Shown here: piece by piece, positions 1-11,983 of the stretch
How positions within the stretch are numbered: position 1 is the stretch's first letter
How the letters are laid out: every line of letters begins with the position of its first letter
Notes under the pieces: generated by a model
The model's database searches: none
The model's input: the letters and a program-made list of their open reading frames with translations, nothing else
What the model was told of the DNA's origin: nothing
Program-made: the position numbers and the translations under genes
Assembly: GCA_964016885.1 (NCBI GenBank)
Contig: OZ024740.1
Location: 399,156,001-399,220,000, forward strand
From: Eledone cirrhosa
Lineage: Eukaryota
Direction of reading: 5' to 3'
DNA: 64,000 bases

Positions 1-276
1 AAACAACCATGTAGAGGGTTTTCTCACTGACTAGAGTGACTAGAGTATATTTTTGTGATAATTTTTTTTCAAATTTTGTTGTAGAGGGAAAGTAAGATAG
101 ATTAATATCTGAAAATGAGCTAGCTTATTGATATAAAATGTAAGGTATGTTGTCAACTTAATTAATGTAAATAATTTTCATGCTATAATAATATTGTGAA
201 TTCTTTTCACCTTCCTGCCTACTAATACTTTGCAAATTGCTTCTATTGTTGTTATTTTAGTTAAAATTGCAGTAAA

Positions 277-3200
277 CTAGCAGAAGAACCACCCCACGGG
301 TGGTTTTCTGCTAGCATATATAGTGTACATATTTATATATGCACATAGATATGCACATAGATATGATACATAAATTGACAATATGTATATAAACTGAACA
401 AAGACTGTGTTACACTTACTTCTGTAATCAGTAAAGTAATCCATGATACATTTAAAAAAAAGCGATAACGGAGATGGAAAAGCGATGAAACCGTTGACGG
501 AAAATGTTCCTGAATCTTCACTTGAGAATGTCGATGGGAAGCTTCAAGCAGTGAATTTGAAAATAGATGCTGCTGGTATGAATGAATGAATTACATTTAA
601 CAATATGAATAGTTAACCTTCGCTATATTGTTGTTTTACTGTATTCACATATAGACTTCTTAAGTTTTTGTAGTGTCCCTTTTCTAGCAGTTAAAAAGAA
701 ACTGAAATGCATTTCAACTAAAAGAGAGTGATAGCTGTTTCACATCACTGTAGAATTTCTTTGTCGACACAGTTGTCAGCAAACAGACCCCTTTCATTTA
801 ATATTTTTATATTTTCTTTTTTTGTAACTCGTAATAATGCAACATACATTTGACCATGTGAAAAGAATTGTGTTGGTAGATATACACCTATCTTTTCAAA
901 TATCTGCTCTTGTACCTTGTTGCATGTAAGGGCAAAGGCTGGTTTGACAGGAAATTGCTTGCGAATAAAGATGAAAAGGAACTCAAGCTCTTGAGATACA
1001 TGTGGTATCCTTGGGATTAGCAACCTTGTTCCAGCATTGGGACCCAATGCCACTTCAGCTTCAATTACATGATTATGTAAACTCATGATGATGTAACGTG
1101 TACCATTGCAATGCCCGTTTAGAGGATCCAGATTTCTCAGAAGCATGATGCACCTGCCTTTCTTCAGTTTAAGTATGTGTGTTGGGAAGCCTGATGGGGT
1201 AAGTTTGTTGATGAACTCAATTGGATATTGCAGTTCATTATCTACTGTATCAGAGCTTCTGCAGACTATTTCATGACCAGGGAACTTGTTGACCATGAAC
1301 TGATTCACCAATTTTGCTGCATCATTTGTTGGAGTGATAATGGCTCTATTTGCCAGCCATAGTGGGTTTGTGTAGTTTCCTGGAAGATTTGTATACACAA
1401 AATCACACAGTCCAGACACATTACCATATTCCAGACAAAGTTCATTTGGCAGAAGAATTGTGAATGCACCTACAGTTGGAATGTTACCATTTCCCACATC
1501 AAGAAGGTAGTTTGCAAACTGTCTTTCATCAGAATCCTCTGTATTAATTAGCCGTTGATTGGTTGTCATCTCCATGGTTTCCACATAGTCCCAGAGATAG
1601 GATCTCTTGATGGTTGCCTCAACTATTTGTGGTCTAGCACCATGGCATACAACTGGAAGAATTTGCTTCCAGTCACCAGATAGTAATACTGTTAGACCAC
1701 CAAATGGCTTTTTGCAATCTCGAACATCTTTGAAGCTCCTGTCAAGGCATTCAAAGATATGCTTATGTCCCATACCTATCTCATCAATGATTAGCAGGTC
1801 AGCTTGCTGCATAAGTTTACCTGTGTCATCCCTCTTTGTGAAGAAGCAAGTTGATTCAGCAGTCACATTGAGAGGAATCTTGCACTTGGAATGAAGAGTT
1901 CTATCTTTGTGAAGCAAAATGGCTGCTATTCCAGATATGGCAGTGGCAAGTGCAATTTATTTTTTAGATCAGAGGTAATCCAATAGGGTGTTTAGGACAT
2001 AGGTCATTCCTGTACCTGCACTTGCAATCAAGCAGAAAATTCAGTCTTCATTTTCATTTACAGAGGTGATTACTTTGTGAAAAATAACCAGTTGCTCAGG
2101 ATTCAATGTTGGCAGAAGTTCATTTATGTTTGCTTGCAGTTAGTATGTATTGGAATCAGTTTCTGCCAGAAGAACCCTGTTGATTTCTGGTATGGCAACA
2201 ATAGTTGGATCTGGCTGAGGAAGTCCATAGTTGGCATGAATGTCCAAACCATCATGTTGAAGTCTTTGTTGGATCTTCTGTAGTACAATCTGCACGGTTT
2301 GCATGGACATGACTTGCTCATGACGTTCATGCATGATATCCTCTGCAAGACAATTCTTTCATTTCTCCCAGAACTGCAGAGGGTCATTTAACATGCAGTA
2401 CAATAAAATGGTGCAGAAGATCTCTTGCAGCTAAAGACAAAGTGTAATGGATGAGGCCTCTTCCATAACTTTGTCTTTTTCTCCATCTTCATCTAACAGA
2501 CCAAGTTTCCTGCATGCTTCTTGGAATGTTAGAAATTCGACTCTTCAATTGTCCTCAATTCTTTGTATGAAGTTGACCCAGCCTTGTGATGTAGGATCAT
2601 TCTGAGGTAATATAATTCAGATTGATGTCTACTGAGAGATACTGTTGGAATGCGTCCAAGAGATTCACTCATAAATTGTTGATCACCATCCAGATGTCCC
2701 TTTTTTCTTCTTTGCCACTTTTTGTTTGTCCAAGTGAAATATTTAGGAATATCAATATACAATATGTTTTGTGCCAGTGGATCTCTAATATTCAGTTGAA
2801 AATATTCCGTCAACTTAGTCATTGACTGTCCCCTAGAAAAAACACTTTCTTCCTGCCCTCGCTCATACACGACCATTTGTTCCCCAGGTAAATGGCAAGG
2901 CAACTTTTCAACTGGCGGTTTTTGATGATGTAATGGAAATTTATAGATTCTCCAGAATGCTTCACTGGCTGAGATGTACCGTGCATTGATATAGGTCTCA
3001 ATCTCATTTTGGGCATGGACACAATTTCCTTGATCATCCTTAATAGTGAAAGTGATCTTGTCTGATCCTTTCGTGATGTACTTATATAAGTACTTAACAG
3101 CCTTGACACTGTGGACAACCTCACAATTGATGTGGCACTGCTATCTCAATGAGAGGAAAGGGTTGTATGGAGCAATGCAACGATTATCAACAGTAAATTC

Positions 3201-4740
3201 TTGACTTTTAAGTTGGATTGTATGGGGGTGACCACCATCCTGTTTTTCCCTTCTTCTATACTCTGGAAAGGAATTTTCGGCAACAAATGTGGTTTGTCTG
3301 AATGACTTAGGTTAACTTTTTGAGCAATGGCGTTGTTGTCCTAGCCCTTCCATACATGGGCACATCATATTAGCTTGTCCACATGGGCCATGAATGTTGC
3401 AGGATTTGATGATCTTATGCAGAATTGGATTGGTCTCTTTATCAGGAATCTCACAGTACACTACCGGATCAATGGCATCAGCAGTTTTGGGTTTGCTATC
3501 TTCAGCCATTATCAGCAGAATATGAGCATGAGTGCGGCCTCATTTCTGCCACTCTATTGTAGCAGAATGAGCCACAACTTTTCCTAGACTCTTGCACAAA
3601 TATCATGACGGTCTCTAGGTTCTTCACCAGGGTGCAAACTATTTTTTATTTCATCCCAGTTAGCGTTAGTTGTTACCGAGTTGAAATAAGATGGCTTTCC
3701 CATGTGTCGAACCACAGTCATCGAATTCTGAAAGCACTCACTGTAGAAGTGAGGTGAACCATAGATTGAAGGAGGAAGAACAATTCTCCGGCCTGTATTT
3801 ACTGAATCTCCTTCAGCCACAGCATCATACAAACCCTCATACTTTTCAGTTCGTATCATGGTTTGATTGTTGCGGGCGCATTTGAGGCGACAATATTCTA
3901 TTTTTGCCTGGGCATCTACAGCATATTGCTGCATCAGCCGCCTGCTCTTCATGATAATGTTACAGTCACCTTGCCTAACCTGAAACTGATAACAGTAGAA
4001 ATCAGTGAATATGAGTGTGTGGTTGTTGTCAATCCTTTTCAAACCAACCTGAAACCCATCATTCCCCCAAGGAAACAGTAGCACATAATGCAGAGGATCA
4101 TAAGAACGGTGCAACTGATTAATCCTCTGAAGACCACCATCTCTTTTATGAATGATGACATCCAAAAGACCTAATGCTGTATCAGGTTGAATAACAGCAA
4201 TCTCAGATGCCATGGGATGATTATATGTGTGACAATGAAAATCAGTGGGTTTTACTTTGTCAGCATGTAGGACAATATTCACATTTTCTGAGACTGGCAT
4301 TTCAATGACTGACTTGAAGCTTCTTATATAGGTGTTACAGTAGTGCAAGTCTTCTTGCAGGTCCTGCAGGACAGCAGCATCTAAATTAGCATGATGCAAG
4401 CGATTCTGAAGCTCATGAACTGTATCAAAGAAGTAAAGCTGTGCAAACTTGGGTGAAGCATCACTTGGAAGTAGTGATCCAATAATATGACAAATCTTAC
4501 CTTGGATCTTAAATGTGGGACTAAATCCTGGTGCTTTAAGCTCTTTGCAACCAATTGAAGCTAAGGCAAGCACATTGTTATATGCCCGTATCTTATGGAG
4601 AAAAGAATTTCCTGCTTGAGTGATATCGAAATATTTCAGTATATTTGGTGAATGAGGAGGAAGTTGAGGGAGTTTCACTTTTACCTGGAAGCAACACAGA
4701 GATTTGGGTTCATGCGGCCAACGATAAACTTTGCAGTGCT
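277..4740 (-). mobile_element. Decayed autonomous Helitron (Rep-helicase), 5'-truncated
   Basis: Broken - strand frames give a Helitron N-terminal region (3584-4678), Rep HUH motif EWQK*GRTHAHILL (~3513-3552), VKYLYKYITKG (~3065-3098) and a PIF1-like helicase (745-1917: LLIIDE, GDWKQILPV, CNGTR, FSHGQMYVA). The 3' terminus is a hairpin plus CTAG at 277-280 followed by T on the - strand. Confidence 0.93.
745..1917 (-). pseudogene. Helitron PIF1-family helicase domain (pseudogenised)
   Basis: SF1B/PIF1 helicase motifs are present. Walker A upstream is degraded (ASAGTGMT, ~2000-2025), with stops and frameshifts. Confidence 0.9.
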
Positions 4741-5150
4741 CCTACTTATACATACATATATCCTAATTATTTAAATTCTGCATAGCGTCTAAAAATAACG
4801 TTTTTTCATCCCTATACCTCAACCGCATTTGCATACTCATCTTAATAATTTGAAATATCTGACTTTTCTTACCTTTTCCTTCACTATCCAAGAAAAACTT
4901 GAACTGTTAAGGTATCTTTTCTTAGTTAAGTCAACATTTATAAAACAAACTTTGTATTTTATCTGATGAGAGCGTACCAAAGTTTGGTACCCTTGAAATA
5001 TATATAATAGAATAAATATGGTTTTATAAATATAGTTTCCATTAATTTAATATCATTGAATATTATACTCCAGAAAATCTGTCGAGTGCTCTGAATCAGT
5101 TATAAACATTTATATTTGTTGAATTACCAACAAATTGAATATCCCTTTTG
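4741..5150 (+). mobile_element. Putative Penelope-like pLTR fragment, family A
   Basis: Contains a minimal hammerhead at 4955-5014. A second diverged copy is at ~8007-8232. It abuts the 5'-truncated end of the Helitron. Confidence 0.6.
4955..5014 (+). ncRNA. Minimal type I hammerhead ribozyme (HHR-A, copy 1)
   Basis: Stem I tattttat/atagaata; CTGATGA at 4963-4969; stem II gtacca/tggtac; GAAA at 4995-4998; palindromic stem III atatatat; AUA triplet with predicted cleavage after 5006. Confidence 0.8.
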
Positions 5151-5154
5151 CTTA

Positions 5155-5462
5155 TCATCATCATCATCATTTCATTTTACATCCGCTTTTTCCCTGCTTG
5201 CAAGGGTGGGACAGGAACTGATTCTGGCTTGATTTCTACAGCTGGATGCCCTTCCTAACACCAACCTCATTTACAGTGAGTGCTGGGTGCTTTTTTGCCG
5301 TGGCACCTCCACGACCACTTTGCAGTGGAATGCTATGGACCCCAGTCCCTATCATCTCATTTCTACAGCTGGATATGGACCCCAGTCCCTATCATCTCAT
5401 TTCTACAGCTGAGTAAACTGGAGCAATGTGAAATAAAGTGTCTTGCTCAAGGAAACAACAAC
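5155..5462 (-). mobile_element. tRNA-derived SINE with RTE-derived 3' tail (5'-truncated)
   Basis: Matches the 43943-44284 and 7291-7590 copies; (ATG)n tail. Confidence 0.85.
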
Positions 5463-5504
5463 TTCAGGCATACATTTATTTCAAAGATTTCTTTTCTATA
5501 TATA

Positions 5505-5677
5505 TATCATCATCATCATCATCATCATCGTTTAACGTCCGTGTTCCATGCTTGCATGGGTTTGGACGGAGGGTTTTCCCACTTGAGGCAAGAGTGGTTA
5601 TCTTGCTCGCATAGGACTATCTGGCGGGTTTTCTACAGCTGGATGCCCTTCCTAATACCAACCACATTTACAGTGTA
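5505..5677 (-). mobile_element. RTE LINE 3' UTR fragment
   Basis: Reverse complement of ~47900-48070; (GAT)n tail. Confidence 0.8.
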
Positions 5678-5712
5678 ATATATATATATATATATATATA
5701 TTTATTAAAATA

Positions 5713-5788
5713 ACAGATTAAAGTTTAAGCAAAGAATCGCTGCTTTCACCCTTAACGGGATCTTCTGAAACTAACAAAGTCAATCTGT
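5713..5788 (-). ncRNA. Extended type I hammerhead variant (HHR-B), inverted copy
   Basis: Reverse complement of 7090-7165. Confidence 0.65.
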
Positions 5789-7089
5789 AATATCATTGAA
5801 TATTATACTCCAGAAAATCTGTCGAGTGCTCTGAATCAGTTATAAACATTTATATTTGTTAATAATATGGAGGTGGCCACACCATTAGCTAACATCTTTC
5901 TTTCCCTTATTACAAAGCATTTTCCCCCTACACATAAATATAGTAAAATTTTATATCTGGAGTCTAAAAGACAACCACACCCAATATAAGTTACACTGGG
6001 AGATCCTAGCTAGGGCTAGATCGTATAACGGAAATAAAAGACCATGTGACCTCTGCGCCGCTGAGGCCCTGGAAATACTCTACGCCACAGACCACATCTT
6101 AAACAAAAAATCTGAGGAAATTTCGGCTTGTAAACATAAATTGCACAAAACTTTCCTGTATTACAGCCCCACGTTATACCCTAACGGATAGTCGATCTAT
6201 ATGTGGATATTTTACGTCTTGATGTGGTAGCTAAGTATATGTTTTGTTTATACCATTACTTATTTGCATAGGTAAGTATATATTACCTGTATGTTTTGTG
6301 AAGGTACGATTACCTTCTCGTACGTATATTTGATTGAATATGTTATGGCGTATAATTTTATATTTTCTGGTACATATGGTTTGGTTATGTGTATACGGGT
6401 GTTTTGCGTCTGTGTGAGTATGCAGGTTCGTACGTATATAGGGTGTGTGTATATGTGTACTTCATGTTTTGGTTGACTTACGTCTCCGAACATAAGTGTA
6501 TTTACATGTATGTATGTGTGTGTGTTTGTTATATACGTATTTATTTATTTATATACGTTTATTTAATTATTTATTTATTTGTATACACGCATACACACAC
6601 ACACATATTTATATGTGCGTGGTTTTGTATACCTATGGTAAGTGGTTTCGCGTATGCTTGTGTATGTACGTATATGGGGGTGTGTATGTATTTATTTAAT
6701 TTCTATTACCTCTATTGTATTGAAGCGGAGATTCATTCGGTCTCCTAGTTAGTATTTTAGTCTATGACTTCTGCTATACCATTTACGTGGTTTTGTCTTT
6801 GCGTGCAATTGTTCTCAACGCTCCACATATGACGTATTATCTTCGTTTTTTTCGTTCATTGCCAGAGAACGTCTCTATGAACCACCTAAGAGAACATTAG
6901 TCTACGACCTCTTTTATACCAGTAACGTGGTTCTGTCTTTGCACGTAATTGTTTTTCACCGCACCTATTAATGACGTATTATATTCGTTTTTTCCCGTTC
7001 TTTGCCAGCGAACGTTTCCACGAACCAAAGTATCGTCTTCCTGTCTTCCTCCGGCTGCAACGTTTTTTGAAATATTCACTTCTGCGTTC

Positions 7090-7165
7090 ACAGATTGACT
7101 TTGTTAGTTTCAGAAGATCCCGTTAAGGGTGAAAGCAGCGATTCTTTGCTTAAACTTTAATCTGT
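7090..7165 (+). ncRNA. Extended type I hammerhead variant (HHR-B)
   Basis: Stem I acagattga-[ctttgtt]-agttt / aaact-ttaatctgt; core CAGAAGA at 7111-7117; stem II ccc-gttaa-ggg; GAAA at 7131-7134; stem III gca/tgc; CUU triplet with predicted cleavage after 7151. Confidence 0.65.
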
Positions 7166-7290
7166 TATTTTAATAAATATTTGCTCTACGGTTCTTATAT
7201 ATTTGATATATATTTATCCTTATCGAGCCCTCTTTGGATTTTAGTCTTCAAATTTATTATTATTACTATAAATATATATATATATATATA

Positions 7291-7590
7291 ATCGAAAGGT
7301 TGTGAGTTCAATTCTCAGACCGGGTGATGTGTTGTTTCCTTGAGCAAGACACTTTATTTCACGTTGCTCCAGTTTACTCAGCTGTAGAAATGAGATGATA
7401 GGGACTGGGGTCCCTATCATTCCACTGCAAAGTGGTCATGGCGGTGTCACGGTAAAAAAGCACCCAGCACTCACTGTAAATGAGATTGGTGTTAGGAAGG
7501 GCATCCAGCTGTAGAAATCAAGCCAGAATCAGTTCCCGTCCCACCCTTGCAAGCAGGGAAAAGTGGATGTAAAATGATGATGATGATGAT
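7291..7590 (+). mobile_element. tRNA-derived SINE with RTE-derived tail
   Basis: B-box gagttcaattc, then a core, then cccacccttgcaagcagggaaaagtggatgtaaa(atg)n; flanked by (TA)n. Confidence 0.85.
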
Positions 7591-7604
7591 ATATATATAT
7601 ATAT

Positions 7605-7645
<41 letters not shown>

Positions 7646-7760
7646 AAATTAAGATAAATCAAAATGAATTTAATCTAAATCAAAATTATGGGTGTCATGC
7701 CAGAAAGACATTATCTCCTGTGATTATTCATGTTTATTTATATGTTAATCAATTTCTAGT

Positions 7761-7799
<39 letters not shown>

Positions 7800-8047
7800 T
7801 GACACGGAGAAAAGAAATCTTTGAAATAAACGTATGCTTGAAATATGTATTATCGTCTGCTATTCGAACACCAGAGAGAGAGAGTAGTATGAGGTAGTCA
7901 TAACAACAGTGGTAGCAGCAAAACGTGTATCAAAACTATATATATATATATATATATACTATCCAGCGAATTTCCGACCGTTAAGGTTGATTTCCATGGA
8001 TACGTCGGTATTTATAAAACTAATTTTGTATTTATCTGATAATTTTG

Positions 8048-8111
8048 TATTTTATCTGATGAAAGTGCACCAAGATTGCTTGGTCGCCCTTGAAATATAT
8101 ATAATAAAATA
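8048..8111 (+). ncRNA. Minimal type I hammerhead ribozyme (HHR-A, copy 2)
   Basis: tattttat CTGATGA(8056) aagtgcaccaagattgcttggtcgccctt GAAA(8092) tatatata ataaaata. Stem II differs from copy 1 but still pairs (accaag/cttggt). Confidence 0.78.
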
Positions 8112-8247
8112 AATATGGTTTTATAAATATAGTTTCCATTTATTAATATCTACTCCAGTAATTTGTTGAGTGCTCTGTATCAGTTATAAACATTTATATT
8201 TGTCGGAATTCCAACAAATTAAATATAACTTCTACATATATATATAT

Positions 8248-10828
8248 ATCATCATCATCATCACTGTTTTACGTCCGTTCTTCCAGGAGCTGATCTGGCT
8301 TGAGTTCTACAGCTGGATGCCCTTCCTAACACCAACCTCATTTACAGTGAGTGCTGGGTGCTTTTTCGTGGCGCCTACACGTCTACTTTACAGTGTGGGC
8401 TGGGTGCTTTCGTGCCGTGGCACCTCCACGACCACCTTGCGGTGGGGGGTGTGGGGGCATATTGTCTATATGCTTCAGCTTGTACCCATGGGAGGTTGGG
8501 TACTCTGTATTACTGCGTGACGCCAGAAGTCACGGTCGTGTGTCATTGCCTTTGAGAGGTGTAATTGGGTAAGGTCGGCTTTTATCACCTCATCCCAGGT
8601 CATCTTGGGTCTCCCCACTCCGCGATTTCCATCAACTTCTAGTGCTCTGCACCTTTTTATGCAGCTGTCATCCTTCATACGCATCACATGTCCATACCAG
8701 CGCAACCGCCTCTCCTGCACACAGCATTTGATTCCTCTTATGCTCAGTCTCTCTCTCAATTCATTTATGCTTTGTCGTTCACGTATATTACTGTTACACA
8801 TCCATCGGAGCATGCAGGCTTTGTTTCTCTCTAATCTACGTAAGTCTTCCACCTTCAGCGCCCAGGTCTCACTACCATGCAACATTGCTGTTCGGATACA
8901 CGCATCATACAGTCTGCCTTTCATTCTGAGGGAGAAGCCTTTTGCAGCTAGCAGTGGTAGTAGTTCCCTAAACTTTTTCCATCCTGTTCTTACCCTAGTT
9001 ATTGTACTTTCTGAACACCCACCTCCGCTGCTAATTCGGTCACTTAGGTAGCAGAAGCTGTCTACTGTTTCTACAGAGCCCTCCCAGAGATTGGTGGTAC
9101 TTGTTTCCTGTGGCTGTTTGCTGCTTGCTGTCTCAGCACAGCTGCTGCATGTGAATCCTACATTCTTAATTAAGCTCCTGAGATCCCGCTACATCTCTTG
9201 TGTACCCATTGTTTGCATTTGGGGCAGAGAATGGAGTTCCTACCTACACCTTTCCTACATACTGAGCAAGGCCATTTCCCTGAGGGGATCTGGGTTCTGT
9301 TTTCTCGTCTACTTACAAGGACCTTAGTCTTTGTCATGTTGACTTTGAGACCCTTTCTTTCTAGTCCCTGCTTCCAAGTTTGGAATTTATTCTCTAGTTC
9401 TACCATAGATTCAGCTATGAGTGCGAGGTCATCAGCATACAGGAGTTCCCATGGGCATCCGGTCTTAAACTCCTCCGTTATTGCCTGCAGGACTATGATG
9501 AACAGGAGGGGGCTAAGAACAGAGTCCTGGTGGACCCCAACCTGTACGCTAAATTCCTCGCTATACTCATTGCTAATCCTAACTTTGCTGACTGCTCCCC
9601 TATACATGGCTTGTACCGCTTTCACAAGCCATTCATCTACTCCTAGTTTTCTAAGAGCCCACCAGATTACAGCACGTGGAACTCTGTCAAAGGCTTTCTC
9701 AAGGTCGACAAATGCCAAGTAGAGTGGCTTAGGTACTTTTCCTGGTACTTTTCCTGTAATTGCCTCACAAGGAAGAGGGCATCAGTGGTGCCTCTTCCTG
9801 GTACAAACCCAAATTGCATCTTGTCTATTTTCACCCGGTCCCTAATCAACTGTGCTATAACTCTTTCTGTTACTTTCATGACCTGGTCCATCAACTTTAT
9901 ACCTCTATAGTTTCCACTATCTAGTGCATCGCCTTTACCTTTGTAGCAGTTGACAATGATGCTACTGCACCAATCTTTTGGTATGACACCTTCTAGTATT
10001 ACCTGGTTAACAATACGTGTGGTTATAGTGTGACCTACAGACCCAGATGCCTTCAGCATCTCGGCAGCTATACCCGATGGACCGGTTGCCTTCCCCATCT
10101 TCATATCTTTGATTGCCTTACTTACTATGCTGCTGCTGATTTGTACTGCTGGCCCCTCTATAGGGTCTACTTGGGGTAGGGTCTCTTCTTCCCATGCATT
10201 ATCCTCATTTAGTAATCTATCATAATGACTCTTCCATGCATCTTTCTTCTCAGCACTTGACATCACAACTATCTCTGACACGCTGCCTCGCAATCTTGAA
10301 TACCTCCTGTTTCTGGTCCTCACATTGCAAAACATGCTTGAATTTTCTATCCTCTGCTTCCCTCCTAGCTAAGTATACTTGTCGCCTAGCTTCCCTCTTG
10401 GTCTCTATGTAATGTACCCTGCTCCCCCCGTTCTTCCATTCTTTCCATGCCTGTCTCTTGGCCTTAACTGCTTCATCTACCTTATTGTTCCACCACCAAG
10501 TTACTCTCCTCCTGCTTGAGGTCTTACTCCAGCCACAGACCTCATCCGTCGCCTCTAGTAAATTATTTTTTAGGAACTCCCAGTTCTCTTCTACATTAAA
10601 TGTCTGTATCTGTTCTTCTTTACTGCCGTAGGCGTTGAGTAAAATATCTTTAAATCTGTTACTGGTTGAGGGGACCTTCAGCTTCCAGATCTTTCTTCTC
10701 CAGGTTGGCCTCTGTTTCCAGGTTCGTCTAGTTCTGACCGTGAGGTCGCTGACAACTAAGCTATGTTGGGATGTACATTCCTCACTAGGGAAGGCTTTTG
10801 TGTTTACGTGTTGGGATGTACATTCCTC
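8248..10828 (-). mobile_element. RTE-clade LINE, 5'-truncated and frameshifted
   Basis: RT motifs (NYRGIKL, QFGF, FVDLEKAFDRVP, LLYADD) in ORFs 9667-10335, 9170-9718 and 8475-8924; (GAT)n tail; nearly identical to 28087-30324. Confidence 0.95.
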
Positions 10829-10997
10829 TCTTTATATACTCACACATACAATCTCTCTTTCTCGCTCTAGCAATTTTATGAAATCAAAGAACAACAACAC
10901 ATCAGCGTGTTGAAAAAAATCAAAATCGCTTTATCTTTCTCTTTCACTCTCTATAGTATAGATATACCGGAAGTATTGACATATATGTTTAATCATG

Positions 10998-11155
10998 TTT
11001 CGTCCCTTTACAGTCTGAGTTCAAATCCCGCCGAGGTTAACTTTGCCTTTCATCCTTACGGGGTCGATAAAATAAAGTACCAGTAATGTACTGGGTAATT
11101 GCTGGCCTTGTGCCTAAAGTAGAAACAATTATTTATTCAAAGTAATGCAACTTAT
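10998..11155 (+). mobile_element. SINE fragment (family with gcctttcatcc...ggggtcgataaa core)
   Basis: Matches 60613-60803 and many other copies. Confidence 0.85.
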
Positions 11156-11983
11156 TTTACAAACGGGATAAAATAATTATATTCTGGACGCAGTCACGCG
11201 CTCCTTGCTTTATTATAGTTTAGATAGTCATTGTTCTTTAGTTCCATGTTAACTTTGATTGAGTAAGCCTTTACCATCCCATTTATTTAGGGGTTGACAT
11301 TTTTAAGGATATGTTTGTATGGACTCATAACTCCTAATGGAGACGTAGTGGCGCCGTTGTGACATACAGCATGTCTTGGACACATTTATATCTGGTGGAG
11401 CCCATACCCTCTCAAGGTCCGAACTCAGCTGATTTCTTCCAGAGAAGGAGAGAGGGGGTTATAGTGAGGAAGTGATATAGAGGAAAAATCGACTCTGGTA
11501 CTGGAATAGTACCTTTTTTTATAAACCTCGGAAGGATGAAATACAAAGTTGACCTTGATGGGTTTTAAATCCAGAGAGCCAGAACGAATACTACAATGCA
11601 ATCTATCTGATGTTCTAACGACTCTGCTAATTCACCATTAGGGATATGTAGGACGACATTAACTAATATCGTCTTTCCTTATTTTACGACTATCGAATGT
11701 AATTTCAAAGAGATGGCTGCTATTTCCAGCGACCACTTAGAGTCTCCCACGTTTGTTGACATGGCTGTAAATAGTTATGTGAAGAGGTAGATCTATAAAT
11801 AATGAAGAAAACCCTGTGTATATGGGGTAACTAGTAAGTCCCCTATACCAGTGGAAGAGGAAACATATGGTCTATATTTTCTGGCAAGATAAACAGAATG
11901 GAAGTTTCAATGGGAAAATTTAGATAAAAGCTAATAGTTTCACTCTCTTTATTATGTGAGATTGTCTTTCACTTTAATCATTA

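Larger units (their letters stand above)
5702..7272 (+). mobile_element. Penelope-like element remnant (family B) with inverted pLTR, flanked by (TA)n
   Basis: 5867-5951 reads MEVATPLANIFLSLITKHFPPTHKYSKI, resembling the RT-endonuclease linker. 5952-6191 reads YIWSLKD...LHWEILARARSYNGNKRPCDLCAAEALEIL...LNKKSEEISACKHK, resembling the C-terminus of a PLE GIY-YIG endonuclease. 5702-5788 is an inverted copy of 7090-7176. Confidence 0.8.

Noticed and set aside
10966-10974. ETS-like ACCGGAAGT motif as the FPGS promoter (also at 25321)
   Set aside because: A single short motif without a supporting exon; insufficient evidence.
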